Positions 17,688 to 27,089 of a DNA stretch of 64,000 bases are shown in pieces. The position numbers and the translations under genes were made by a program. How positions within the stretch are numbered: position 1 is the first letter of the stretch; each line of letters opens with the position of its first letter. The stretch covers positions 28,676 to 92,675 of the IMG/VR virus record IMGVR_UViG_3300019762_000005. One strand, given 5' to 3'. This stretch comes from a virus. Under the pieces are notes generated by a model. It made no database searches, had not been told where the DNA came from, and saw nothing but the letters and a program-made list of their open reading frames with translations.

Positions 17688-19466
17688 ATGAAAGACGAAG
17701 AATTATTAAGAAAAGCAAATTGGCTGTATCCAAAAGGCACAGTATTTAACTCTTTAGGAGGGGTGAAAAACATTACAGTTGATGAGTTGAACTTAAAAAA
17801 ATCAAACACAAGAACCATAGAATGTAAAGAGGGATACCTTTATAATAAAGTAGACGATAAATGGGCTGAGATAGTTTCAAGACCAAATCAATACTTCCGA
17901 GTGTCAGATGTAGGAGAATACTACCCTTCAAGATCAGAAGGAAAAAAATATCCAGGATACATACCTGAAAAATCAATGACTACAGGTCTTTATAAAGTCA
18001 TAGGAAGAGAGTTTTCAGAAAATATAGGAGAACTTTTAGTACTTTCAAATAAAAGTGGAGTGTTTTTTTACAAAGGAACTTCAAGACATCTTGAAGAAAT
18101 TTCTAAAGAAGAGTATGGAGGTACACCTGCAAATAGGTATAAAGGAGATTTAAAAGGATTCCCTACTGAAGTAGTAGAGAAAATGCTAGAATTTCAAGTA
18201 GCTCAAGGTAATAAAAGAGATGTAACTGTGTTTGAAAATGATAAACGGGGGGTAAAAGACGATGGTGGTTTTGATTGGCGTAGTGACAACATTGTAGGTA
18301 TTCCAGATTTTTTCAGTAGAGTTATAGGTGAAAGAGATTTTAGCTTGTTCTTTAAAGTATTTCCTAATCCAGAGACTTTCTCAGGAAAGATAAAGGGATG
18401 GCCTAAAGAAATTGTACATGCTATGATCTCTAACCAAGTAAAACAAGGTAACAAGCCAGATAAATCTATATTCGAAGAAATTCCATCAAGAAATCTTTAT
18501 AATAGAGGATTTGACTGGGATAAATCTACAGAAGGTTCACTTTTATGGGAAAAAGTTTTAGCAAATGGAAATCATAAAGCTTTCTTTGATAAAGATATTG
18601 AAGAAAGTAAGCCTGATGTAGATCTAAAAAACTTAGAAGAAGTAAAGAAAGCTATATTATCTGGAGAATTGTGGATAGATAATAATTCTAAAAAACTTAA
18701 ACCTGAGGATCTAAAAAGTTTAATTTCAGAAGATACCAGAAGTAGGTGTAGTTACAAATATTACTATAAAAATTCTTTGAATGATAATATAGGGTTTTCA
18801 AATTCAGATAAGAAGAAATCGTTAATACCAACTATAGAAGCTAAAGATCTTCAAAAAATGTTGAATGTACGTGAAGAGTTTAAAAAAGGAGAGTATATAG
18901 TCCTAATAGAAGATAATGGAAGTTCAGCTTTTAAAGGAAATCACTGTTATAAACAAGCTTGCAATAGAGGTCATATTTACGTAGAAATATCTTCTAGTCA
19001 AATTAAAAACGGTCAATGGGCTATTTATAAATTCAAAGACAAAGACAAAACTTGGAGGTATGCTACGATGTTAGAAATAGCAGAGTACAACGAAAGAGGC
19101 AAGCCTTATGACGTTAGTGAAGTGAAGCCTTTAGAATTTAAAACTGTGCCAAGATCAGCACACGCTTCTAAAGGAGGTAGACCTTCTAGCTTTGGACAAA
19201 TTGTATTGTATGGAACTGGAGGTGAAGTGAATGGAAAAGGTTTCTTTGAAAAACAATTTATAACAGGTGTTGATCCAATAATTGAAGATTGCTCCGACTT
19301 TTTAACAGAGTATCCTTTTACTACTGAAGAGTCGTTCAAGAAGAAGAATTGGTCAAGACAATTAGTATCAGATCATTTTTCACCAATAAAAGAAAAACAA
19401 GAGGCAGAGGTAAGCCTTCGATTACCTAGTGAAATAAATATTTACAAACATTTAAAAAACCATTAA
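17688..19466 (+). CDS. Mosaic multi-domain protein with internal repeat; paralog of 23267-25048
   Basis: Duplicated KGFPTEVVEKM..QV.QGNK.D..FE..GFDW unit; shares YPxGTxF and WRYAT..EI..Y...GKPYDV with the paralog. Confidence 0.75.
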   Translation: MKDEELLRKANWLYPKGTVFNSLGGVKNITVDELNLKKSNTRTIECKEGYLYNKVDDKWAEIVSRPNQYFRVSDVGEYYPSRSEGKKYPGYIPEKSMTTGLYKVIGREFSENIGELLVLSNKSGVFFYKGTSRHLEEISKEEYGGTPANRYKGDLKGFPTEVVEKMLEFQVAQGNKRDVTVFENDKRGVKDDGGFDWRSDNIVGIPDFFSRVIGERDFSLFFKVFPNPETFSGKIKGWPKEIVHAMISNQVKQGNKPDKSIFEEIPSRNLYNRGFDWDKSTEGSLLWEKVLANGNHKAFFDKDIEESKPDVDLKNLEEVKKAILSGELWIDNNSKKLKPEDLKSLISEDTRSRCSYKYYYKNSLNDNIGFSNSDKKKSLIPTIEAKDLQKMLNVREEFKKGEYIVLIEDNGSSAFKGNHCYKQACNRGHIYVEISSSQIKNGQWAIYKFKDKDKTWRYATMLEIAEYNERGKPYDVSEVKPLEFKTVPRSAHASKGGRPSSFGQIVLYGTGGEVNGKGFFEKQFITGVDPIIEDCSDFLTEYPFTTEESFKKKNWSRQLVSDHFSPIKEKQEAEVSLRLPSEINIYKHLKNH

Positions 19467-19467
19467 A

Positions 19468-19863
19468 ATGGCAGGAAAAAAATTAATGACAAGGTACAAA
19501 GATGAATTGAAGAAATCTTCAGAAGACATCTTAATTGAAACTTTAGAGCATCGTGTAGAAGACTTCAGAGATAATACTGATGAAACTATCGACAAGCTAA
19601 AAAGAGAGAAGGAAGTAGAATTTCCTAAATTAATTAAAAGAGCCAAAGCTAAGGTAAGCAAAGCAAAAGAAGATCTTAAGAAGGTTAAAACTTTTGGACC
19701 TATGAGTCATAAAAACTTTGACTCATACATAAGTGCGGTCATCTCTGCTGAAAAAGAAGTTTCGGTAGTAGAATCAGCATTGAACGTTCTTGAAGGTCAA
19801 TTGAGCTCTACAGAAGCTCAATTAGCTTTTTATGAAGATATTAAAGAGTCAATTTCTGACTAA
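19468..19863 (+). CDS. Coiled-coil protein
   Basis: Heptad-rich, 131 aa. Confidence 0.7.
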   Translation: MAGKKLMTRYKDELKKSSEDILIETLEHRVEDFRDNTDETIDKLKREKEVEFPKLIKRAKAKVSKAKEDLKKVKTFGPMSHKNFDSYISAVISAEKEVSVVESALNVLEGQLSSTEAQLAFYEDIKESISD

Positions 19864-19869
19864 TTGATA

Positions 19870-20245
19870 AAGGAACTGAAACCCTTTCAGCCTTAATATT
19901 GAAATTACATAGTAATATGTAGAACACCTCCGATGTAATCCGTATGCGGAGCAAAGGTGTTGGGAGTCGGGAGCAAGGCTTAAAGGTCGTGATCCATCTA
20001 TTCGTCGCGAAAACAAGTATTTAGTTACTGAGACAATAGGTGGATGCTAAGAAAAGGAACACCTCTGTAACGAAGACTAATTGAATCGCTATTATTAGTG
20101 AGAATATTACTTAGTAAGAACAAGTGTAGGTTTTTAATGTGCTGAAAATAGACAGGAATAATAGTCACCTGCGTAGCTATATTGTTACTACCGTCGTTTA
20201 ATCGTCGTGAGTTTTAAACATATCAAACATTTGCGTGCACATTTT
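19870..20245 (+). ncRNA. Putative multi-domain structured RNA cluster
   Basis: About 400 nt without ORFs; closing stems CCTTTCAGCCTT/AAGGCTTAAAGG, ATCCATCTATT/AATAGGTGGAT and AATGTGC/GCACATT. Confidence 0.5.
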
Positions 20246-20275
20246 TAATTTTACAATTCAACAAAACAATATATT

Positions 20276-20470
20276 ATGTATCACATCAAGAGAGATGGAG
20301 CTTTATTCTGTCAAACAAAAAGAAACAAATCTTTTATTAAAGCTAGGTATAACACAATCTCCTATAAAGATGCTCACAAGTTAAGACTTATGAATGGATG
20401 CTGTGGCGTATGCAAGAAAGTGTATTTTGAGAAAGTCTCAAAAGAATTAATAGTTGTAGAAACAGAATAA
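20276..20470 (+). CDS. Small Zn-finger-like protein
   Basis: H...C...CGVC. Confidence 0.55.
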   Translation: MYHIKRDGALFCQTKRNKSFIKARYNTISYKDAHKLRLMNGCCGVCKKVYFEKVSKELIVVETE

Positions 20471-20481
20471 TTTCTATATAT

Positions 20482-20742
20482 TTGAAAACAATTATGACAA
20501 CAACAATAATCATATCTAAAATACTATTTGTCGTATCCTTATGGGTTATAGCTGTTGTGGCAGATTACTTAAACAACTTAGACAATAGAGGTCTGAAACT
20601 AAAGAGGTCGCAGAACATACTCTATATATTCAAACAGCCGACACTAAGGTCTTGGATATATAAGATAGATCTGGGGTTTACACCTTGGATCGTTTACCAT
20701 GATGGGTTAACATACGACCAGTGCATTACTCTGAAGAGCTGA
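20482..20742 (+). CDS. Small membrane-anchored protein
   Basis: N-terminal hydrophobic helix. Confidence 0.5.
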   Translation: MKTIMTTTIIISKILFVVSLWVIAVVADYLNNLDNRGLKLKRSQNILYIFKQPTLRSWIYKIDLGFTPWIVYHDGLTYDQCITLKS

Positions 20743-20811
20743 GTGCTGTTGTAAAAAAGTATAAAAAAAAACGGGTAGGACTAAATCGCCCATGAAATAA
20801 TATTGAAAACT

Positions 20812-20852
20812 AAAAAAAACCTCTTTGTATGATACGCAAAGAGGTTTTTTTT
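20812..20852 (+). terminator. Intrinsic terminator
   Basis: AAAAAAACCTCTTTG...CAAAGAGGTTTTTTT. Confidence 0.7.
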
Positions 20853-20870
20853 ATGCTTAAAAACAAGATT

Positions 20871-21272
20871 ATGAAAAGAAATAAAAAAGTAGTAATAGTT
20901 TGTGGTCCAGGAATATTATCTCACATTAGAGAAGTAAATGCAGCTGCTAAAGTGAAAGCTCTATCGTCTAGCGATTTAAGAACGATAGATAGTAAACCAA
21001 GATTTGTAACTTCTTTAGCAGGTGCAAAACAACTAGAGGCGTGCCTTGAGAAAGAATTCAATAATACCCTTAGAATGCCTGCTGAACTACTAATAAAAGC
21101 TAATCCAGGAGCAATAGGTCCTAATGTAAAATTGCTAGAACATTATGATAAAGCTAATTACTTTAGAGGAAAAGTTAGCAAGGTTAACTGTAAGAAAGAA
21201 GAAGCATCATTTGCTAAAGCAAGAAAGAAACGTAAAAAAACAAAAAAATGTCGAAAAAGGAAGAAAAAATAG
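20871..21272 (+). CDS. Hypothetical protein with basic tail
   Basis: Probable start MKRNKK, downstream of the terminator. Confidence 0.6.
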   Translation: MKRNKKVVIVCGPGILSHIREVNAAAKVKALSSSDLRTIDSKPRFVTSLAGAKQLEACLEKEFNNTLRMPAELLIKANPGAIGPNVKLLEHYDKANYFRGKVSKVNCKKEEASFAKARKKRKKTKKCRKRKKK

Positions 21273-21532
21273 AAATGCCAAAAAAGCATACAGATCTAGT
21301 TGGTACTAAGAGGATATTTTCTGGAGGTCTTTTTTCTAGCAATAGAGATGAGCCAGAAGCAGAATACGACATCTTAAAATGGAGATGGGGCAGTGCTAGT
21401 ATATGTGACATGAAGACTATGAAGCTTAAGCATCCAACTATAGAATACCTCATCAAGAAGGAAGGAATGAAGCGTAGCAGATGGACCAGAGGTTTTCCTG
21501 TTATAGAGATAGAACTTATAGACGAACATTAA
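21248..21532 (+). CDS. Hypothetical protein
   Basis: 94-aa ORF. Confidence 0.6.
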   Translation: MSKKEEKIEMPKKHTDLVGTKRIFSGGLFSSNRDEPEAEYDILKWRWGSASICDMKTMKLKHPTIEYLIKKEGMKRSRWTRGFPVIEIELIDEH

Positions 21533-21544
21533 AATACTTTGATT

Positions 21545-21802
21545 ATGTCAGAAAAAACAATACCAGTATCAGTAAAAAGAGAACTGAAAACTTTAGGAGT
21601 TATGTATGGTGAATCTTTTTCTGCTATAATGGAAAAGAAATGCACCTATATATACATAGAAGAGGATTTATCTAATCTGTCAAAATACGAGATTGATTTA
21701 ATGTTTAACATTTACCCAGCTCTATTAGACTACAGTTATATATCTAAAAAAATACAAAATGAGATCCAAGAAGCATTGGATTTTGTAAAAGACACATTAT
21801 AA
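21545..21802 (+). CDS. Hypothetical protein
   Basis: ORF in the operon. Confidence 0.55.
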   Translation: MSEKTIPVSVKRELKTLGVMYGESFSAIMEKKCTYIYIEEDLSNLSKYEIDLMFNIYPALLDYSYISKKIQNEIQEALDFVKDTL

Positions 21803-21806
21803 TCAA

Positions 21807-22028
21807 GAGGGAATGACGGAATGGTAGACGTATAGCTTATCGGGCTAGAATGGAAAGGAGACGTGCTTAGGGTGCACAAGTCAGGTAAATACGAGTTACC
21901 TAAGACTTTCCAATAAGATTGATGAAAATATTAACGATTATCCGTACTAAGCTACCTGTTTACAGGATAGATAGCGTGCTGACTAACATCAATTATAATT
22001 CGTGCAGGTTCGATTCCTGCTTCCCTTA
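21807..22028 (+). ncRNA. 222-nt RNA with tRNA ends and a ~165-nt structured insert
   Basis: Acceptor GAGGGAA/TTCCCTT, D arm TGACGGAATGGTAGACGT and T arm GCAGGTTCGATTCCTGC; internal helices TGGAAAG/CTTTCCA and TTGATG/CATCAA. Confidence 0.7.
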
Positions 22029-22047
22029 CTAAAACAACAACAACGAC

Positions 22048-22296
22048 ATGAAATTAGAGATTCATCCAGACGGAGAGTGGAATACAGAAAGATATGAATA
22101 CAAAGGTAGAACTATAGAAATCAAATCTAGGGATGACCACGGAATAAAGGCTCATTGTTACCACCAAGGTAAGGTAGTGTTTACCCAAAGATTTGTATTT
22201 ATTAGACCAGCAAGACTTCTTAAGAGAATGGAAAGAAGAATTGACATGTGGATTAGTGGAGAATGGACTCCAAAGAAGTTACTAAAACAGAGATAA
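22048..22296 (+). CDS. Hypothetical protein
   Basis: 82-aa ORF. Confidence 0.6.
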   Translation: MKLEIHPDGEWNTERYEYKGRTIEIKSRDDHGIKAHCYHQGKVVFTQRFVFIRPARLLKRMERRIDMWISGEWTPKKLLKQR

Positions 22297-22297
22297 T

Positions 22298-22528
22298 ATG
22301 TGGAATGTAAAAAAAATAGAAGATTTGAACTTTGTTTTAATATCTAGTCACAATCAATGGTGTCATTTTAGAGGTCATGGATTTGATGTTCATGTAAATT
22401 TAAACACTAAAAACGGAAGTGGCAATTACTTCAATTTCCATTCCTACAAATCAAATTTTAAAGGAAATTTTAAAGCTATAATAGAAACAGAAGAAGAATT
22501 CAAATCTTTGTTAAAAATGATACAATAA
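22298..22528 (+). CDS. Hypothetical protein
   Basis: 76-aa ORF, coupled. Confidence 0.6.
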   Translation: MWNVKKIEDLNFVLISSHNQWCHFRGHGFDVHVNLNTKNGSGNYFNFHSYKSNFKGNFKAIIETEEEFKSLLKMIQ

Positions 22529-22746
22529 TGAAATTCATATCAACATCAGAAAGCTTTCCAAAAAACAACAATGTAAAAAACGTGTTAGTCAAAACAATAA
22601 CAGGTAGATACCTTGTTACTAGGTATTCGACGTATAATAGGTTTTTTAAATTTGATCAATACGACGAACCAGAATTTTGGCAATCAGGAGGTAAAACTTT
22701 TAAAAAAGCAAGCATCGTATCTTGGTGCTATATAACAGAAGATTGA
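22528..22746 (+). CDS. Hypothetical protein (DUF551-like)
   Basis: FISTSESFP...VLV...IVSWCYI pattern. Confidence 0.55.
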   Translation: MKFISTSESFPKNNNVKNVLVKTITGRYLVTRYSTYNRFFKFDQYDEPEFWQSGGKTFKKASIVSWCYITED

Positions 22747-22767
22747 CATTTTAAAAACAACAACAAC

Positions 22768-23259
22768 ATGAAAACATTAAAAATATTATTAGTACTAGCA
22801 ATTGGATTAATGATTCAATCTTGCTCAAAAGAAAAGAAACTTGAAAGACAAGTTGAAAAGAAAGGATGCCTTGGAGGCGGAGTAGTAGGCTACGTAGTAG
22901 ACGAATGTACATTAACAATACCTAATATCATATCTGTAAATGGAGATGGAGTTAACGAAATGTTTTCGATAACGGTTCACAACCTAAGTGAAGATGATAC
23001 TATTATAGAGAGATTAATAATCACTCATAATGGAGGTGCGTTGATGGATAACAATACTAGAGTTTGGCAACCGATAAGAAGCATCGTGGATGAAGGTTTT
23101 TACACCTACAGATACAGAGGGTCTATTAACGGAGAGACGTTTGATTTACAAGGAGATTTCACACTTGTAAAATACCAAAGAGCCATTAAGAAATGTGAAC
23201 AGTGTATAACCGTATACGGAAACAGTATCGCTAATGATCCTGGATTAAGTTGTAAATAA
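22768..23259 (+). CDS. Lipoprotein with T9SS type-B (CHU_C / gliding-motility C-terminal)-like domain
   Basis: Lipobox IQSC; IPNIISVNGDGVNEMF; G.YTYRY...GDFTLVK. Confidence 0.7.
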   Translation: MKTLKILLVLAIGLMIQSCSKEKKLERQVEKKGCLGGGVVGYVVDECTLTIPNIISVNGDGVNEMFSITVHNLSEDDTIIERLIITHNGGALMDNNTRVWQPIRSIVDEGFYTYRYRGSINGETFDLQGDFTLVKYQRAIKKCEQCITVYGNSIANDPGLSCK

Positions 23260-23266
23260 CAATGTT

Positions 23267-25048
23267 ATGAAAATAGAAGATTTAAAACCTGGTCAATTTA
23301 TCGCTATAGAAAGCTGCCCAGGAGGAGTTTACATGAGTCCAGATGGGAAAATATCAGGAAACAGCATTAAAGCTTTGTATGAAGACTTATATTTCACTTG
23401 TTCTCTTGAAGTAGATGAAGAAGAAGGAGACGAACCTCTAGGAGAAATAACAGTCCTTAATAACGATTCTTTAGAAGCTATACAATTGAAAGCTTGCATT
23501 GAAAAAGACAAATATGTTAGCCTAGAAGATGCTGCATTAGATTACGCTAGAAAACATTATCCTGTTGGAACTAAATTCAGTCCAGCTCACACCGACGATA
23601 CTTACGATAAGGAAAATCAATGCATAATCACAAGTGATGGTCAATTCCACTTAGAATACGGGGTTATTTGCAACTCTATTAATGGAGATTGTTGGACTAG
23701 CTTAGAAAATCCTAAGTATGGAAATACAACAAAGAATAGAAATGTATTCTATAAAGGAATATGGGCTAAAAAAGAACCAGCTAATGAAGAGAGAGCTCAG
23801 TCTATACGCAAACATCCGATAATTAAGAAAGGAATGTATATTGTTATTCTTGATGATGCTAAAGGGCTTATCCCAGGAAGACACGTTTATAGGCAAAAAA
23901 AAGACAACAGTAGAGTTTGTCCAGAATTAGACATTATAGAAGGTAATAATAATGAAAGAATAAGTGTTAAACCTTGGAGATACGCTACTGAAGAAGAAAT
24001 AAAACATTACGATGCTATAGGTAAACCTTATGATGTTACAATGCCTAGAGCTGTAGTGGATTCAGTTTTAGGTAAGTTTACTGTTGGAAAATGGTATTCA
24101 AATCCAAAGAACAGGCACATGGATTACGGAAGAGTTTCAAAAGCTGAAGTAAAGGGCTCTTCCCACAGATACAACACGATTCATTTTGACTCAATTGTAA
24201 AAGATGGAGTTCAGTCAGATTATAAAGGTACTCAAAGTAACCTTAATTTCGATAGAGAAATGAGAGAGATAGATTTTGATGATATTCCTATTAAGTCTAA
24301 TAATGGACAAGAAGAGCTTATAGTTGGAAAATGGTATTATTACAATAAGTATTACATAAAATTCTTAAAAGTAGAAAGAGGGCTAGTAATATCAAGTGAG
24401 TCGATAGACGATAAAGGCTATCACATATTTAAAGAAGAGCCTTATGGTCCTCTTGAGATGAATAAGGGACAGTATGAATCTGCAAACATGAGAGGTGTAG
24501 AAATATTACTACCATCTGGACATCCTGAAAAGAAAACTATAACTCTTAGAGAGCTTAAAGATGGGGAAACGTACTTCTTCGATTACGTAACCGGTAAGTA
24601 CATAAATAAGATAACCGACAAGAGTCGTCATCTATGCACTTCAATAGAAGTTTGCGGAGATGAAGAAATTCCAAAGCTTAATACTGGATCTATGTACGGA
24701 ACAGCACATATTAGAGTTGCAACAAAGGAGGAAAAGCATTGGATGAATCTTTGTATCAAAAAAAATAAAGGTATATCTTTGTCTGAAGCAAGGTTAGAAG
24801 ATAAAAAGGATTTAGAGTTAGCTCTTGAAAAAGAAGAAGGTAAAAAGGAATATGAATTTCCTGGAAGAATAGAATTAAGAATAAGCAACAATAGCAACAC
24901 AACGGTAAAAACAAAGAAAAGATCAGTACCGATTAGCGTATCTAAAAGCTTAGAGTTAAAAATAGAGGTACGTACACCTAAAAAAAGTACAGAATTATTA
25001 ACTAATAAAAGAACCACCTCGTTAAAAATAAGAGGTAAAAACAATTGA
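23267..25048 (+). CDS. Mosaic multi-domain protein; paralog of 17688-19466
   Basis: ARKHYPVGTKF, KKGMYIVIL and WRYATEEEIKHYDAIGKPYDV; repeated VGKWY units. Confidence 0.75.
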   Translation: MKIEDLKPGQFIAIESCPGGVYMSPDGKISGNSIKALYEDLYFTCSLEVDEEEGDEPLGEITVLNNDSLEAIQLKACIEKDKYVSLEDAALDYARKHYPVGTKFSPAHTDDTYDKENQCIITSDGQFHLEYGVICNSINGDCWTSLENPKYGNTTKNRNVFYKGIWAKKEPANEERAQSIRKHPIIKKGMYIVILDDAKGLIPGRHVYRQKKDNSRVCPELDIIEGNNNERISVKPWRYATEEEIKHYDAIGKPYDVTMPRAVVDSVLGKFTVGKWYSNPKNRHMDYGRVSKAEVKGSSHRYNTIHFDSIVKDGVQSDYKGTQSNLNFDREMREIDFDDIPIKSNNGQEELIVGKWYYYNKYYIKFLKVERGLVISSESIDDKGYHIFKEEPYGPLEMNKGQYESANMRGVEILLPSGHPEKKTITLRELKDGETYFFDYVTGKYINKITDKSRHLCTSIEVCGDEEIPKLNTGSMYGTAHIRVATKEEKHWMNLCIKKNKGISLSEARLEDKKDLELALEKEEGKKEYEFPGRIELRISNNSNTTVKTKKRSVPISVSKSLELKIEVRTPKKSTELLTNKRTTSLKIRGKNN

Positions 25049-25050
25049 TT

Positions 25051-25491
25051 ATGTCAGAAAATGGAAATGCAGCAGTAGGATCAGAAAACACTAACCCAAC
25101 TTTAGGAGCTTACGCTAGAGAAGTATTAGCTGGACTTAACAAGAGTGATGCTGAAAAAGCTGCTGAAAGAGTAAACGTTTTAGTGGAGAACTACATCATT
25201 GAGACTGAAATGCAAATTTCAACTTTAAAAACTGGTAAACTTCCTCACTTAAACAATGAGATTAGAAGAGCTAAAGAAAGCATTAAAAATGCCAAAAAAG
25301 CTGAAGAAAAAGCTATGTTGGATATTTTAGGGTCTTCAAGTTACGAAGATTTCATTGGAAGAGTGAATGAAAAGTCTTTAGCTATTGATGAAGCTAAGGA
25401 AAGAATAGAAGCGTTAGAAGCTAAGAAAGTTACTCACGAGGCTGAAATTGCTAAGTATGAGTCTATATTAGAAAAATTCAAAGCTGCTTAA
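25051..25491 (+). CDS. Coiled-coil protein (counterpart of 19468-19863)
   Basis: Heptad-rich; same position after the mosaic gene. Confidence 0.7.
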   Translation: MSENGNAAVGSENTNPTLGAYAREVLAGLNKSDAEKAAERVNVLVENYIIETEMQISTLKTGKLPHLNNEIRRAKESIKNAKKAEEKAMLDILGSSSYEDFIGRVNEKSLAIDEAKERIEALEAKKVTHEAEIAKYESILEKFKAA

Positions 25492-25519
25492 TTGGGCTTG
25501 GAGTGTTAGTATAAAATGT

Positions 25520-25553
25520 AAATGGGAGCTGTATATCAGTTCCCATTTTTTTT
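25520..25553 (+). terminator. Intrinsic terminator
   Basis: AAATGGGAGCTG-tatat-CAGTTCCCATTTTTTT. Confidence 0.7.
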
Positions 25554-25587
25554 ACCAATTCTGACACCCAAAAAAAAAGATAATATC

Positions 25588-26088
25588 ATGAGAACAATAG
25601 AAATGTATTGCGATGGAGGAGCGAGACCTACCAATCCTGGAACAGCTGCTAACGCTTTTTGTGTTATAGAAAATGAAGAGTTGTTGGATAGTGATTCTGA
25701 ATTTCACGAACACGCCACTAATAACCAAATGGAACTTAAAGCTCCTATAAATGGGTTGAGGTTGATTGCTTCTATTTTTAAGCAGGAGCCTAAAGAGTCT
25801 ATGCCTAAAAAGGTACTTATACATGTTGATTCTCAATATGTAAACAAAGGGATAAGCGAATGGATATTTGGATGGATAAAGAAAGGTTGGAAAACGGCCT
25901 CAAGAAAACCAGTCAAGAATAAAGACTTATGGATTGATCTACTTAAAGCCTCTGAAAAAGTTCAGAAGATAGGGATAGAAGTAGAGTTTAAATGGGTAAA
26001 GGCCCACAATGGAAATAAATTTAACGAAATGGTAGACTCAATGTGTACTGAATGCATAACTGTAAATACAAAAAAAAATGAGCAATAA
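25588..26088 (+). CDS. rnhA: Ribonuclease HI
   Basis: YCDGGARPTNPG, TNNQMEL, DSQYV, WKTASRKPVKNKDLW and WVKAHNG..NEMVD motifs. Confidence 0.93.
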   Translation: MRTIEMYCDGGARPTNPGTAANAFCVIENEELLDSDSEFHEHATNNQMELKAPINGLRLIASIFKQEPKESMPKKVLIHVDSQYVNKGISEWIFGWIKKGWKTASRKPVKNKDLWIDLLKASEKVQKIGIEVEFKWVKAHNGNKFNEMVDSMCTECITVNTKKNEQ

Positions 26089-26701
26089 AGAAATTTTGTC
26101 AGAAGAAGAAAGATTATTAACAATGTTATTAAACATCTTTCATAACAAAACCCCTTTCAAAAACTTATCAAAAAAAGTAGAGGAAGAAGGAATGAATAAG
26201 TACTATTCTGTAGTTCTAAACAAGACTAATCTTTTAACTAAAGATTCAGATGGTTATATTTCTTGGTCTAATGAAGTTATACCTAATGTCGAGACAGCAA
26301 AAAAACTTCTTAAGATGAAGAAGAAATATGCTTTAGAGCTTAGAGAAAACGAAAAAATAGCTAGAAAGAAAAGACGAGAAAAAGCTAAAAAGAGAGGTGT
26401 TTCTGCAGGTGCAAAAAAGGTTATTCAGAAAGCTAAAAAAGCTAAACAAGCAGGACAAGCTAAACCAACTCCTAAGCTTGAAAAGCCTGGGTTAACTCCT
26501 GAAACAAGAAAAGCTATAGCGGACTTAAAAGAGAAAATGAATGCTAATCATGAAGCTCCTTCTGCTCCTATAGAAGAGGAAGTAGAAGCTAAAAACGAAG
26601 TTGCATTTACTCATCCTCCAGTAGAGCCAGTTGAAGAAACTGTAATCCTTCCTCAAAAAAAGTCTCGATGGAAGAGATTCTTGGCTTGGATGAATCGGTA
26701 G
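26078..26701 (+). CDS. Hypothetical basic protein
   Basis: 207-aa ORF. Confidence 0.65.
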   Translation: MSNKEILSEEERLLTMLLNIFHNKTPFKNLSKKVEEEGMNKYYSVVLNKTNLLTKDSDGYISWSNEVIPNVETAKKLLKMKKKYALELRENEKIARKKRREKAKKRGVSAGAKKVIQKAKKAKQAGQAKPTPKLEKPGLTPETRKAIADLKEKMNANHEAPSAPIEEEVEAKNEVAFTHPPVEPVEETVILPQKKSRWKRFLAWMNR

Positions 26702-26726
26702 CTCTGCTATATTAATATTTTTACTG

Positions 26727-27089
26727 TTGACTATGAGCTCTTTTACAGCTCGTAGTCAAACAGTTGATTCTGTTTACAGTTATCTAGTAGAGATAGGTGT
26801 AAAACACCCTGAGATAGTACTAAGACAATCAATTCAAGAGACTGGATGGTACAAGTGCAAGAATTGCTCTTTAAGTAGAAATAACATATTTGGGTTCTGG
26901 TATAAAAAGAAATACATAGAGTACTTAGATTGGAAAGATTGCTGTAGGTATTATTTGCGTTGGCAGAATAGACACTACAAAGGAGGAGATTATTACGTAT
27001 TCTTAAAAGAAAGAGGATACGCATCTGACCCTAATTACGAATCGCTTGTAAAAGCACTAAAACCATTTAAAAATGATGAAAAGAATTAG
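26727..27089 (+). CDS. Glucosaminidase (GH73-like) cell-wall hydrolase
   Basis: QSIQETGW, NNIFG and GYASDPNY motifs; start uncertain. Confidence 0.8.
   Translation: MTMSSFTARSQTVDSVYSYLVEIGVKHPEIVLRQSIQETGWYKCKNCSLSRNNIFGFWYKKKYIEYLDWKDCCRYYLRWQNRHYKGGDYYVFLKERGYASDPNYESLVKALKPFKNDEKN

Noticed and set aside
19990-20050. Hammerhead ribozyme (GAAA and CTGA-like segments)
   Set aside because: The CUGANGA core is not matched and the three stems could not be assembled by eye.
21807-22028. Canonical tmRNA or intron-containing tRNA
   Set aside because: No G3.U70, a D stem is present, no convincing tag ORF, and no group I P/Q/R/S elements.
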